From assembly GCA_023261845.1 (NCBI GenBank), contig JALNJZ010000001.1, forward strand, positions 32,001 to 96,000: a stretch of DNA of 64,000 nt, written 5' to 3'. Source of the DNA: Candidatus Terraquivivens tengchongensis. Lineage in GTDB: Archaea > Thermoproteota > Nitrososphaeria_A > Caldarchaeales > Wolframiiraptoraceae. Positions 37,999 to 47,736 of this stretch are shown piece after piece; within the stretch, counting starts at the first letter, position 1; every line of letters begins with the position of its first letter. Position numbers and translations under genes: made by a program. The notes under the pieces are model-generated. The model saw only the letters and a list, made by a program, of their open reading frames with translations. It was not told where the DNA came from and did not search any database.

Positions 37999-39081
37999 TT
38001 AGTCACTTACTATCTTGCCGGTTTCGCTCGTTATCCTGTAACCTTTCATCCGCTTTACCGTTCGCATGAAATCCTTGGACGTCAAAAGGTTGAGCAACTC
38101 TCTCACTATATCCCTTCTCATAGCTTCCTTCAAGATTGCTAGGTCGTACCATTCCCAAACGAGTCTTGTGAACTGCAAGCCGTAGAGTTCTGCAGCGTAC
38201 CTCACAGTTATGCCTACATCAGCGGCTCCGGTCGCTATCTCCTTAGCTACTTCGAGGTGCGTTTTGACTTCCCTTTCATAGTTTTTGACGAGTCGCGGTA
38301 CGTCGCTTGGGTCTATGCCTCTATCGAGTGCTGCCTGCTTAAGCAAATGGTCTAACAAAGCTCTAGTGCCCGAGCCTGGATTTCTGTTCACGAGTCTAAG
38401 CCCACGGTCCAATAAGTCTGAGATTCCGCTGACTTTCGTGTCGGGTCTAAACGCTAAGCCGAGTTCCCGCTGATAGCCTCTGACGAGTACGGCCTTACCT
38501 TCGAGCCAGTACCGGCTTAAGAAAGGAACGTTGTACTTGCCAGTCACAGGGTCTAGTAGGTGGACACCGGCCACATGTGCATCACCCATCATGAGTGCGG
38601 CCAGACCGCCCGCCGAGCCGAGCCAAGAGACCTCAATATCCAAGTCGGGCTTCTTTGACTTCAAGATTCCGATGAGAACACCTAACGCCGGGTCATTGCT
38701 TCCCATCACAGCTAGATCGGGCATGCTCCTCACGGGCTTTGTCTCTGAGATCACTCCGAGCGAGCCACCAAGCTTAGCCTCAGCATCAAGGTAAAGCTTG
38801 AGGAGCTCCTTACCAAGCTTCGTGAGCTTTGCACCTCCACCTCCCGGACCGCCACGCCTGGCTTCGAGTAGCTTGTCTCCGAACATCTCTTCAGCCCTTG
38901 CCAGCCTTTCCCAAGTTCTCGCATAGGGCACACCAACAGCCCTACATGCTGTCAGCAACGAGCCTTTCTGCTCGATTTCATGTAATACCCTAGCCAACTT
39001 TGAGTCGAGAATAACCTCACCTTTCCATTCCAAGAATATCTCGGTTCTGATCGTAAGGTCCTGTAGGCGTATTTCCTTCAA
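37999..39081 (-). CDS. ModE-type HTH regulator fused to a PBP-like oxyanion-binding domain
   Basis: GSLLTAC...Y.R.W and RRGG.GGGGA.LT (ModE HTH); GS.GGL, AGVHLLD and NRNPGSGTR (PBP_like domain); divergent from tupABC. Confidence 0.87.
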   Translation of the reverse strand: MKEIRLQDLTIRTEIFLEWKGEVILDSKLARVLHEIEQKGSLLTACRAVGVPYARTWERLARAEEMFGDKLLEARRGGPGGGGAKLTKLGKELLKLYLDAEAKLGGSLGVISETKPVRSMPDLAVMGSNDPALGVLIGILKSKKPDLDIEVSWLGSAGGLAALMMGDAHVAGVHLLDPVTGKYNVPFLSRYWLEGKAVLVRGYQRELGLAFRPDTKVSGISDLLDRGLRLVNRNPGSGTRALLDHLLKQAALDRGIDPSDVPRLVKNYEREVKTHLEVAKEIATGAADVGITVRYAAELYGLQFTRLVWEWYDLAILKEAMRRDIVRELLNLLTSKDFMRTVKRMKGYRITSETGKIVSD

Positions 39082-39125
39082 GGTCGCATATAGTCGTTAT
39101 CTTTTTTATAAAAACATTTAAAAGT

Positions 39126-39152
39126 ATCGTTATATCAAAAAGGAATAACGAT
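39126..39152. promoter_or_regulatory. ModE-box-like operator
   Basis: Inverted repeat ATCGTTAT-N11-ATAACGAT just upstream of the tupA SD (GGTGAGG); a weaker copy starts at about 39093. Confidence 0.7.
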
Positions 39153-39160
39153 GGTGAGGT

Positions 39161-40060
39161 ATGAGAATTAGGCGGGTATTTGTAGCACTCACCGTTGCGG
39201 TTGTTGTTTCTATTTTGTTCCTTTCCATTTACCAAACAGGACAACATGAAAACATACTCCGCGTTACTACGACGACGAGCCTGTATAACACGGGTCTGCT
39301 TGATAAATTGGCCGAAGAATTTAAGCAAATGCATCCAGATGTTTCGGTTCAGTTCATCGCGATTGGTAGCGGCGAGGCTTTACGTAGAGCCGCTCAGGGC
39401 GATGCTGATATGGTCTTATCACATGCACCAAACCTCGAAAAGCGATATCTCGATGATGGGACGTTGAAACCAGGCAAGATATTCGCATACAACTACTTCA
39501 TCATAGTAGGGCCCAGCGATGATCCTGCAAATGTAACTGGAATGAGTCCTATTGAGGCCATGGCCGCTATCTACACTGCGGGTGAAAGGGGTAGGGCGAT
39601 ATTCGTATCTAGGGCTGACAATTCAGGGACGCATAATAGGGAATTGATGTTATGGTCGTTAGCCAGTGTTAATCCGTCCGGTAAGACTTGGTATCTGGAG
39701 CTGGGAGCGGACATGGCGCTAACCCTGATGGTGGCCAACGAGAAGAAAGCCTATACACTCAGCGACGTCGGCACATACCTTAAGTTCAGCGATAAGTTGG
39801 GCGAGCTAAAGCCGCTCGTTGAGAGAGGAGACGCATTGATCAACATATATTCTGTCTACGTTGTTAACCCAGTAAAGGTTCCCGGTGTGAACGAGAAGCT
39901 AGCCGAGGTCTTCATGAGGTTCATAACCTCAGAAGAAGGGCAAAAAATAATCGAGAACTATGGAATTGACGAATTCGGCAAACCTTTGTTCAATGCAGCA
40001 AGGGGCGATCCGACAGGGGAGCTCAAGAATGTCTGGGAAAGCATGGCTAAGCTCGGATAG
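39161..40060 (+). CDS. tupA: Tungstate ABC transporter substrate-binding protein TupA
   Basis: TTTSLYNTGLL (TTTS tungstate motif), GSGEAL, D...HAP, SRADNSGTH and YTLSD. Confidence 0.92.
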   Translation: MRIRRVFVALTVAVVVSILFLSIYQTGQHENILRVTTTTSLYNTGLLDKLAEEFKQMHPDVSVQFIAIGSGEALRRAAQGDADMVLSHAPNLEKRYLDDGTLKPGKIFAYNYFIIVGPSDDPANVTGMSPIEAMAAIYTAGERGRAIFVSRADNSGTHNRELMLWSLASVNPSGKTWYLELGADMALTLMVANEKKAYTLSDVGTYLKFSDKLGELKPLVERGDALINIYSVYVVNPVKVPGVNEKLAEVFMRFITSEEGQKIIENYGIDEFGKPLFNAARGDPTGELKNVWESMAKLG

Positions 40061-40094
40061 TTTCTGTAGATGTTTTTAAGCGAGGTCTACGACC

Positions 40095-40733
40095 ATGTGG
40101 CAAGAAGTAGCCGAAGTTGTCGCGAGGTCCTTACTCATTTCGGGTACGGCCACGATGCTTGCTGCATTCTGGAGCATACCAGTAGCTATGATTCTAACGG
40201 CCAAAGAGTCCGAGTTTAGGAGGGTTTTGCTCGATCTTACGAACACTCTCGTCGCTATTCCAACAGTCTTGGTAGGTCTCGTACTGTATCTTTTGTTATC
40301 ACGCTCAGGGCCTTTGGGTTTCCTTGGCATACTCTACACGCCTACATCAATCGTTATCGGCGAAGCCGTTCTGATTACGCCTCTAATAGTTTCGCTTAGT
40401 GCATCTGTGCTCCGCGAGACGAGGGCAGGAATTTGGGAGATGGCTGTCTCGATAGGAGCAACTGAAAGACAAGCATTGGTTACGATGGTGACCGAGTCGC
40501 TTCCTAGACTAATGAGTGTGATTCTAATAGGTTTCAACAGAGCGATAGGCGAGCTCGGTGTAGCTCTGATGCTCGGAGGTAACATCAAAGGATTAACGCG
40601 CGTTATGACAACAGCTATAGCCTTGGAGGTCTCTAAAGGCGAGTTTGAGTTTGCCCTAGCACTCGGAGGAGTTTTGCTTTTCGTTACCTTTTTAGTAACA
40701 GCGATCGTCAGGAAGGTAGGTAAAACTGCATGA
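40095..40733 (+). CDS. tupB: Tungstate ABC transporter permease TupB
   Basis: PTVLVGL..Y.LLSRSGPLG and RAIGELG..LMLGGNI.G.TR.MTTAI motifs. Confidence 0.92.
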   Translation: MWQEVAEVVARSLLISGTATMLAAFWSIPVAMILTAKESEFRRVLLDLTNTLVAIPTVLVGLVLYLLLSRSGPLGFLGILYTPTSIVIGEAVLITPLIVSLSASVLRETRAGIWEMAVSIGATERQALVTMVTESLPRLMSVILIGFNRAIGELGVALMLGGNIKGLTRVMTTAIALEVSKGEFEFALALGGVLLFVTFLVTAIVRKVGKTA

Positions 40734-41398
40734 TAGAGCTGAAGAGGGTTTCTTTTGCTTACGCAAACGAGGATATTATTAGGGACGTGAACCTTACATT
40801 CGGTCCTGGTGTAACAGTGGTCATAGGACCCAACGGTTCGGGGAAGACTACGTTGCTGAAACTAGCTGCTGCTATATACAGGCCACGGGTAGGTGAGGTT
40901 TTGATAGATGGTGTCAACACATGGTCTGCGCCAGAGGCAGTTAGGGTCTCAGTAAGGCGGAATGTTGTTTACGTGCACGAAAAGCCCATCATGCTTAGGG
41001 GCAGTGTCGCTGATAACGTAGCCTATGGTTTAAGAATTAGGAATGTGCCTGATGATGAGGTTGCCACTAGGACCGAGGAAGCGCTGGAAGCGCTCGGCAT
41101 CAAGCATTTGGCCCACGAAAAAGCTCAAACACTTTCTGCTGGACAGCAACAAAAAGTAGCCCTAGCAAGGGCCTTAGCTGTCAGACCGAAGAACCTGCTA
41201 CTCGACGAGCCTATTGCAAGCCTGGATAAGAGCGGTCGGGAAATCTTTATGGAGCTTTTAAGAGAAATGGTAAGGAAAGAGGTTTGTGTCGCTATGGCAA
41301 CTCACGACAGACTTCTCGCCCTACAACTGATGGGCAGAACTATTGTTGTAGAAAATAAGACGGCGACATTAATTGAAAATCCAGAACGCATTAGCTGA
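40730..41398 (+). CDS. tupC: Tungstate ABC transporter ATPase TupC
   Basis: GPNGSGKTT, LSAGQQQ, LLDEP and ATHD motifs; in operon with tupAB. Confidence 0.87.
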   Translation: MIELKRVSFAYANEDIIRDVNLTFGPGVTVVIGPNGSGKTTLLKLAAAIYRPRVGEVLIDGVNTWSAPEAVRVSVRRNVVYVHEKPIMLRGSVADNVAYGLRIRNVPDDEVATRTEEALEALGIKHLAHEKAQTLSAGQQQKVALARALAVRPKNLLLDEPIASLDKSGREIFMELLREMVRKEVCVAMATHDRLLALQLMGRTIVVENKTATLIENPERIS

Positions 41399-41399
41399 T

Positions 41400-41816
41400 T
41401 CAATCGATGTATTTCGCACACTTGTAACAGTAGTACTTTTTATACTGTGAGATGTACGTTGCCTTTTCGCCGCAAGTAGGACATTTTACGCCACTAGATT
41501 TCACGAGAGATTTCAAGGACTCATCTATTTCGCCCAACTTCTCCGTCACTGTTTGAGAAGCGGGCTTGGGAGCCTCTGGAGGTGGTGCTACTTGTGGTGC
41601 CTGTATCTCTACCTTCTCCTTTAACAGGACGATATCACCAACAGCGTTCACCTTTGTCCACGGCACGTACTCTGTTGTTCTGTATTTGGTCTGTACCTGA
41701 AGGGCCACCTCATTCCTGTCTATGATCAGCTCGACGTCGTTTATCGTCCCTACTAACGTTCCATCTGGGTTGTAAACTTGTTTACCAATAAGCTGGCTTC
41801 TGGTTAATCCTGACAT
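41400..41816 (-). CDS. PRC-barrel protein with C-terminal zinc ribbon
   Basis: LIGKQVYNPDG..VG.I.D...VPW..V.AVGDIVL is a PRC barrel; a Pro-rich linker leads to CPTCG...YCYKC. Confidence 0.82.
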   Translation of the reverse strand: MSGLTRSQLIGKQVYNPDGTLVGTINDVELIIDRNEVALQVQTKYRTTEYVPWTKVNAVGDIVLLKEKVEIQAPQVAPPPEAPKPASQTVTEKLGEIDESLKSLVKSSGVKCPTCGEKATYISQYKKYYCYKCAKYID

Positions 41817-41858
41817 TGCGTATAGTTTGCTTCAGCCACTTATAAGCATTGTTAAGGA

Positions 41859-41933
41859 TAGCGGGGGATGGATTTGAACCATCGATCTCCGGGTTATGAG
41901 CCCGGCGGGTTATCCTGGCTACCCTACCCCGCT
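41859..41933 (-). tRNA. Initiator tRNA-Met (CAT)
   Basis: AGCGGGGTAGGGTAGCCAGG...CCGGG-CTCATAA-CCCGG...GGTTCAAATCC...CCCCGCTA; A1:U72 and three consecutive G:C pairs in the anticodon stem; CCA not encoded. Confidence 0.95.
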
Positions 41934-42017
41934 TCAGCACTAAAAATAGCCTCACTTAAATAAATACATTAACGCGCTAACTTTATATTTTTATTGTTGT
42001 GAAGAGGTATTTTCAAT

Positions 42018-43865
42018 ATGCTATTAGGTTACAACAAACTTTCGTATGTAGACCTCCACTCCGGCAAAGTTGAGGTAAAGGATGTTGACGAGAAGCTTGC
42101 GTATGGCTTTATAGGAGGTCGCGGATGGGCTGCTTACATTCTGTTCAAGGAACTTGATAACATAGTCGATGGCTTTCATCCTTCTAACGTACTTGTCGTC
42201 GCAACTGGGCCGTTAACCGCCGTACAATTCCAGAGCGGTGGAAAGACAACGTTCGCGGCTATAAGCCCACAGACTGGAATATACGGTGACAGCAACGTAG
42301 GCGGTTTCTTTGGTTACAAGATGAGGAAAGCTGGAATAGATGCACTAATGATTAAGGGCGCATCACCTCATCCTGTCTACTTGCTCGTGGCAGATGGTAA
42401 GGTAGAAATTCATGACGCAGAAAAGTTGTGGGGTCTTAATTCGCAGGAGACCGATGCAAAGTTGTTGAACGAATATGGCGATTGTTCTGTCGCGTCAATA
42501 GGCATGGCAGGTGAGAAGCTCGTGAAGTTCGCTTGTATTAATGTAGACTGGTCAAGGAAAGGAATGCGGCACGCTCAAGCAGGAAGGACGGGAATTGGTG
42601 CCGTTATGGGTTCGAAAAAGTTGAAAGCGATAGTTGCGATGGGTGATAAGGACGTTAAGGTTGCGGATGAGGAAAGGTTGAAGGAAGCGGCAAAAAAGCT
42701 CCAGAAGATGGTGAGGGAGAGTCCAAACTACGAAGCCTGGAGAAGGTACGGAACGTTGGCTACGATCGAGTGGTCAAACAAGGCAGAGTGTCTGCCGACT
42801 TACAATTTTCAAAAAACGGTTTTCGAGTATGCAGATAACATAGGCGGCAGCGCCATGGAGAAAGTGAAGGTGTTTACGAGAGCTTGTTCGAACTGCATAA
42901 TTCCATGCGAGCACGTTGTTCGGTTTAAGTTGAATGGAGAAGGAGAGGTTGGTATCGAGTACGAGACGGCAGCCATGTTGGGCTCAAACCTCGGGCTGAA
43001 GAGTATTGAGGAGGTTGCAAAAGCAAACTACCTGTGTGACTACTATGGGTTGGATACCATCAGCACGGGCTCGGTGCTCGCATTCGTCATAGAGTGTTAC
43101 CAGAGAGGGTTAATCACGGAGAAGGAGCTTGGCCTCACACCAAAGTGGGGCGATGTAAACACCATCTGTGAGATGATAAGAATGATTGCAAAGAGAGAGG
43201 GTTTCGGCGACCTGATGGCTGAGGGTGTAAAGACGCTAGCTGAACGCATAGGCAAGGGCTCTGATGCTTTCGCCATGCATGTGAAGGGCTTAGAGATCAG
43301 TGCTTATGACCATAGAGCGGCGACCGCCATGGCCTTGAGTTATGCGACCTGCGACATCGGAGCGCATCATAACAGGTCTTGGGCGATAACCTACGACCTC
43401 GAGGTCGGTAGGAACAGTTACACAGAAGACAAAGTCAGGAAAGTCATCTACCTTCAGCATATAAGACCGTTGTTCGATATGTTAGGCGTTTGCAGGTTTT
43501 ACTGGGTGGAGCTTGGTATCGACCCAAACGTTTATGCTGAAGCGTATTCTGCGGTTACTGGAAAAGAGTTTACATTCGACGACCTCTTATTTAGGTCGGA
43601 AAAAGTCTGGAATTTGACAAGGGCGATCGCTGTCATCCGCAAAGGCATAAGCATAAAGGACGACTTATTACCGGAGAGGGACTTCTCTGACCCCGTTCCA
43701 GAAGGACGTACAAAGGGTGCGAAGCTAGATAAGGACAAGTTCATAGAGATGCTAAAGACGTATTATGCCGTTAGAGGCTGGGATGAGCTTGGCCGACCGA
43801 CTTACGAGAAGCTTGTGAAACTTGATTTAGAAGAAGTTGCCAGAAAACTTTACGGAGCGTCTTAA
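42018..43865 (+). CDS. aor: Tungsten-dependent aldehyde:ferredoxin oxidoreductase family protein
   Basis: FIGGRG, SPQTG...DSNVGG, AGRTGIGAVMGSKKLKA, C..C...C, EYET, GLDTISTG and YY.VRGWD motifs. Confidence 0.93.
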   Translation: MLLGYNKLSYVDLHSGKVEVKDVDEKLAYGFIGGRGWAAYILFKELDNIVDGFHPSNVLVVATGPLTAVQFQSGGKTTFAAISPQTGIYGDSNVGGFFGYKMRKAGIDALMIKGASPHPVYLLVADGKVEIHDAEKLWGLNSQETDAKLLNEYGDCSVASIGMAGEKLVKFACINVDWSRKGMRHAQAGRTGIGAVMGSKKLKAIVAMGDKDVKVADEERLKEAAKKLQKMVRESPNYEAWRRYGTLATIEWSNKAECLPTYNFQKTVFEYADNIGGSAMEKVKVFTRACSNCIIPCEHVVRFKLNGEGEVGIEYETAAMLGSNLGLKSIEEVAKANYLCDYYGLDTISTGSVLAFVIECYQRGLITEKELGLTPKWGDVNTICEMIRMIAKREGFGDLMAEGVKTLAERIGKGSDAFAMHVKGLEISAYDHRAATAMALSYATCDIGAHHNRSWAITYDLEVGRNSYTEDKVRKVIYLQHIRPLFDMLGVCRFYWVELGIDPNVYAEAYSAVTGKEFTFDDLLFRSEKVWNLTRAIAVIRKGISIKDDLLPERDFSDPVPEGRTKGAKLDKDKFIEMLKTYYAVRGWDELGRPTYEKLVKLDLEEVARKLYGAS

Positions 43866-43962
43866 AATTGATGAATGAACTTATACAAACGCTACTAAGC
43901 ACATCCTTAAATTTACGTAATATATATAGCCGTCCGTTCATTGCTGATGCTGAGGGGAGAGC

Positions 43963-44352
43963 ATGAGCAAGCCAACTGATATGGGCTCTTTAAAAGTCGG
44001 GCACAACGTTATAATAGATGGTGAGCCTTGTAGGATAGTTGAACTGGAGAAGAGTAAGCCGGGCAAGCATGGCTCGGCGAAGGTCAGACTGGTCGCTATA
44101 GGGATATTTGATGGTGTTAAGAGGAGTATGGTAGGACCTGCAGACAGTAAAGTTGACGTCCCAATAATAGAAAAGAGGACCGGTCAAGTTGTGTCAATAG
44201 GTGACGTGGTCAGTGTCATGGACTCCGAGAGCCTCCAAATAGTCGAGGTGCCGCTACCGCAAGACGAGTCTTTGAGGAATAAGATAGAGCCTGGCGTTAC
44301 CGTCGAGTATTGGACTATCATGGGCAGACACTTACTGGTAGGTGTTAAATAG
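43963..44352 (+). CDS. eif5A: Translation factor aIF-5A
   Basis: Hypusine loop KSKPGKHGSAK. Confidence 0.97.
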   Translation: MSKPTDMGSLKVGHNVIIDGEPCRIVELEKSKPGKHGSAKVRLVAIGIFDGVKRSMVGPADSKVDVPIIEKRTGQVVSIGDVVSVMDSESLQIVEVPLPQDESLRNKIEPGVTVEYWTIMGRHLLVGVK

Positions 44353-44416
44353 TCCATTATTTTCAGAGCTTTTTTCCTCATAGCGTAATACTTTATATAG
44401 AGCTTATTATCGAATT

Positions 44417-44436
44417 TGATATCAACGGTGATATCA
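44417..44436. promoter_or_regulatory. Candidate PadR autoregulatory operator
   Basis: TGATATCA-ACGG-TGATATCA, two tandem palindromes ending on the padR ATG and downstream of TTTATATA. Confidence 0.5.
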
Positions 44437-44999
44437 TGTTCGATTACCCTATACATATTCCAGCGTTCAGGCATCGGGCAAGACACATGGCAGCCGTTCC
44501 GAAGGGCTTTCTACGATATCATGTTCTCGAGCTTTTGAATGAGAGGCCCCTCTCAGGCTCGGAAATAATAAACGAAATCGGGAGGATGACTGGCGGTTGC
44601 TGGAAACCGAGTCCGGGGTCGGTCTATCCGCTACTTGCACGGTTACAGGATAACGGGTACATTGAAGAGGTGCCTGCGCAGGAAAGTGGAATAAAGCGTT
44701 ATACACTTACCGCTAAGGGTAAGAACCTTTTGGAGGAACAACGTAAGATAAGATCGCACCTTAGGATGGAAAAAATGACTATTGCACCGCCATTGTACGG
44801 TCTGTGGTTACGTATACCATCGGAGCATGCTGAAAGGATTCATGGAACGTTCAGAAGGTTCTTCAGGGCTCTACTCAACCTTCGTATGAGTTTAGAGGAG
44901 AAGTTCTCGGAATCCGCCATGGAAGAGGCGCTTGATGTTTTGAACGAAGCCGCGCAGAAGTTGGAGGAAATAGAGAAGAAGTTAAGGGCGGCGATTTAA
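44436..44999 (+). CDS. PadR family transcriptional regulator
   Basis: LRYHVLELL..RP.SG.EI, WKPSPGSVYPLL and YTLTAKG motifs. Confidence 0.92.
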   Translation: MFDYPIHIPAFRHRARHMAAVPKGFLRYHVLELLNERPLSGSEIINEIGRMTGGCWKPSPGSVYPLLARLQDNGYIEEVPAQESGIKRYTLTAKGKNLLEEQRKIRSHLRMEKMTIAPPLYGLWLRIPSEHAERIHGTFRRFFRALLNLRMSLEEKFSESAMEEALDVLNEAAQKLEEIEKKLRAAI

Positions 45000-45001
45000 G
45001 C

Positions 45002-46006
45002 ATGGTTAAAAATGTGATAGAGGTTGATGGGTTAACGAAAGTCTTTAACAAAGGTTTTGTGGCCGTAGACCATGTGAGCTTTAGCGTGGAGGAAGGTGAA
45101 ATCTTCGGCTTTCTTGGACCGAACGGTGCGGGTAAAACTACAACCATAAACATGCTGACAACGGTTTTGAAACCAACGGAAGGCAGAGCATCAGTGCTCG
45201 GCTACGATGTCGTTAGGCAAGCGAGCATGGTCAGGAAGGTCATAGGCGTCGTGCCCCAAGAATACACAGCGGACGAGGACCTGACTGGTTATGAGAACAT
45301 AATGTTATGTGCAGACCTTTATGGCATACCTAAAGATGTTGCTAAGAAGCGAGCGCTCGAGCTACTTGAGCTCGTGGAGTTGACACCCTTTAAGGACAAA
45401 AGAGTAGAAACGTACTCCGGCGGCATGCGCCGAAGGCTTGAGCTTGCATGCGGGTTGATTAACACACCTAAGGTGCTGTTCTTGGATGAACCAACGTTAG
45501 GCTTGGATGTTCAGACAAGGGCCGCGATATGGGACTGCATCAGGAAGCTTAAGGAAGAATATAACATGACGCTTTTCATGACGACGCACTATATGGAGGA
45601 GGCGGACGCTCTATGCGATCGCATCGCTATAATAGATCATGGCAAGATAATTGCCATTGGTTCACCGAGCGAGCTAAAAGGAAGCTTGGGTGGCGACGTA
45701 ATAACGATAAGCATTAAAGAAGATGTTGATGTCAGCGAGCTCATCCGTAATATTGACAACGTGAAAGATGTTAAGAAGGATAACGGTTCTTATAGGATTA
45801 AAGCAGAATCTGGAGAAGTAACGGCACCTATTATAATTGATGTGTTGAGAAGAAAAGGTTATACGATAACGAAACTTTCGCTTGAAAAGCCTACGTTGAA
45901 CGAGGTTTATCTAGAATATACCGGGAAGTCTATGCGGGATGCTGAAGAATCTAGGGAGGCGTTCGTATCGCATAGGATAACTTTGAGGAGGGCTAGGTCG
46001 AAATGA
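45002..46006 (+). CDS. ABC exporter ATPase (DrrA-like)
   Basis: GPNGAGKTT, YSGGMRRRL, LDEPTLGLD, TTHYMEEA and PTLNEVY motifs. Confidence 0.92.
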   Translation: MVKNVIEVDGLTKVFNKGFVAVDHVSFSVEEGEIFGFLGPNGAGKTTTINMLTTVLKPTEGRASVLGYDVVRQASMVRKVIGVVPQEYTADEDLTGYENIMLCADLYGIPKDVAKKRALELLELVELTPFKDKRVETYSGGMRRRLELACGLINTPKVLFLDEPTLGLDVQTRAAIWDCIRKLKEEYNMTLFMTTHYMEEADALCDRIAIIDHGKIIAIGSPSELKGSLGGDVITISIKEDVDVSELIRNIDNVKDVKKDNGSYRIKAESGEVTAPIIIDVLRRKGYTITKLSLEKPTLNEVYLEYTGKSMRDAEESREAFVSHRITLRRARSK

Positions 46007-46926
46007 GCGAGTACCGTCCAAACATACTTCGTGGGCTTTCGGCATTAACCATCCGTGAGTTAAAGAAGTGGGCGAAGGAGCCCATAATCCTCCTCATGGC
46101 TATACTGCAACCGATAATATGGATGGGGCTTCTTGGGAAGGCTATGAACCTTAACGCAATTTTTTCAGTGAACAGCTTAAGCAATGTAAACATACCCGAT
46201 ATAAAAATACCCGAATATGGTATAACAATTTCAGGCACATTGATCAAACAAAGATTGTTGGAAGTATTTGAGAACATAGGTACTAATGTAATGCAAAACT
46301 TTTTCGGCGTTACAGACTACTTCAGCTACATGTCCGTAGGTATGATATCTATGATAGTCATGTTCACGACGATGTTCAGCGGTATGTCAATGGTTTGGGA
46401 CAGACGTTTAGGTTTTTTGGATAAAGTCCTAAGCACACCAGTCCCGAGGTCGGCGATAATCTTTTCGAAGGTCCTTAATGCCGCTTTGAGGTCGATGTTC
46501 CAAGCGACCATAATCTTAGCTCTAGCAGCTATCTTAGGTCTGAAAATCAGCCCGACGTTCAGCCCAATGAACCTTCTGGGAATTTATGCTGCCATATTCC
46601 TTCTCTCAGTAGGATTATCTTCGCTGTTCTTGGCGCTGGCTTTGAGGTCAACGCGTCATGAGGTGCAGATGGCAGTCGTGAACCTGATAAACATGCCGTT
46701 GATGTTCGCGAGCAACATATTCTTTCCTACATCCATGATGCCTGAGTGGTTACAAGCCATAGCCAACGTCAACCCGGTGAGTTACCTGACTGATGCGATA
46801 AGACAGCTGACAATATTCCCGCTCAACAGCTCGACGTTGGTTATAGACTTCGTGTATTTGGGTGTATTTGCGATTATATTGTCTGCGATCGGCATAACAC
46901 TTTCATGGAGGTACTTGACTAGGTGA
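46003..46926 (+). CDS. ABC-2 type exporter permease (DrrB-like)
   Basis: DRRLGFLDKVLSTP, PLMFAS..FFP...MPEWLQ and NPVSY motifs. Confidence 0.9.
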   Translation: MSEYRPNILRGLSALTIRELKKWAKEPIILLMAILQPIIWMGLLGKAMNLNAIFSVNSLSNVNIPDIKIPEYGITISGTLIKQRLLEVFENIGTNVMQNFFGVTDYFSYMSVGMISMIVMFTTMFSGMSMVWDRRLGFLDKVLSTPVPRSAIIFSKVLNAALRSMFQATIILALAAILGLKISPTFSPMNLLGIYAAIFLLSVGLSSLFLALALRSTRHEVQMAVVNLINMPLMFASNIFFPTSMMPEWLQAIANVNPVSYLTDAIRQLTIFPLNSSTLVIDFVYLGVFAIILSAIGITLSWRYLTR

Positions 46927-47622
46927 TGATTGTACCTTATCCACACATTCTAGGCTGAGTATTTCGTAAACGCCCCAATCACCGAACCACTTTTTGACCG
47001 CTTCTTTCACCCTAAGTTTTTTTCTGAAGATGGGGCAGTCGAGGACGAAGGTCTCACCTTCGCCACCTTCGAAGCACATGTTTATTCCAAACTTTTCGTT
47101 CAAACGGCGTAACTCTTCTATCGCGGCCTCATCTAGCTTCCTACCCAACCAACTTTTGTCAAGACCTTCAGCCGAAACTGATGTTACTATGGTCTCGAAC
47201 CTTAAAGCATACTGTTCACGAAGTAACCTTCCCGGTTCCATGCCCCAAAGCGGCGCGATACACTTAAGCCCGAGTTCGTCGCAAATCTTCTCAATTCTGC
47301 TCCTCTGGTAACGGCTCGCGATGACTCCCGATACCAGACCTTCCACGTCGCTCAGTCCTTTTAGCGCAACTTTTAGGTCCTCGACCTCTTTCTCCTTTAT
47401 ACCCATGCTAGGTACCATTATCTGTTTTATACCAATGGCATCGGCCTGGTATCGTGTCATCTCGACGTTTATCCTATGGAACATCCAAGAATTTGGGTTG
47501 CTCGTTACGACGGTCACTAGGTACTCTACGGAGTTGCCTTCGAGTAATGCCCTGTATACGGCGTATGTGCTGTCCTTTCCGCCGCTAAAGAGGGCTGCAA
47601 CCTTCAAAGCGGATTTTCTCAA
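46903..47622 (-). CDS. dph6: Diphthine--ammonia ligase (Dph6, PP-loop ATPase)
   Basis: FSGGKDS, SWMFH, S.YQR.R, PLW and GEGETFV.D.P.F motifs. Confidence 0.9.
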   Translation of the reverse strand: MRKSALKVAALFSGGKDSTYAVYRALLEGNSVEYLVTVVTSNPNSWMFHRINVEMTRYQADAIGIKQIMVPSMGIKEKEVEDLKVALKGLSDVEGLVSGVIASRYQRSRIEKICDELGLKCIAPLWGMEPGRLLREQYALRFETIVTSVSAEGLDKSWLGRKLDEAAIEELRRLNEKFGINMCFEGGEGETFVLDCPIFRKKLRVKEAVKKWFGDWGVYEILSLECVDKVQSSPSQVPP

Positions 47623-47736
47623 CCAATCGAGCAGTTTTCAGTAATATTAACCTATGCCTACTAGCGACATTATCTGGGAATATGTCCATTTTCAGCTTGC
47701 TCTATAATTTAATTTTAGGTGTAATGTTTTCATTTA

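Noticed and set aside
47623-47736. oriC next to cdc6
   Set aside because: No repeated ORB (TCCA.TGGAAA-like) elements; a single GTGGAAAC near 50633 is not enough.
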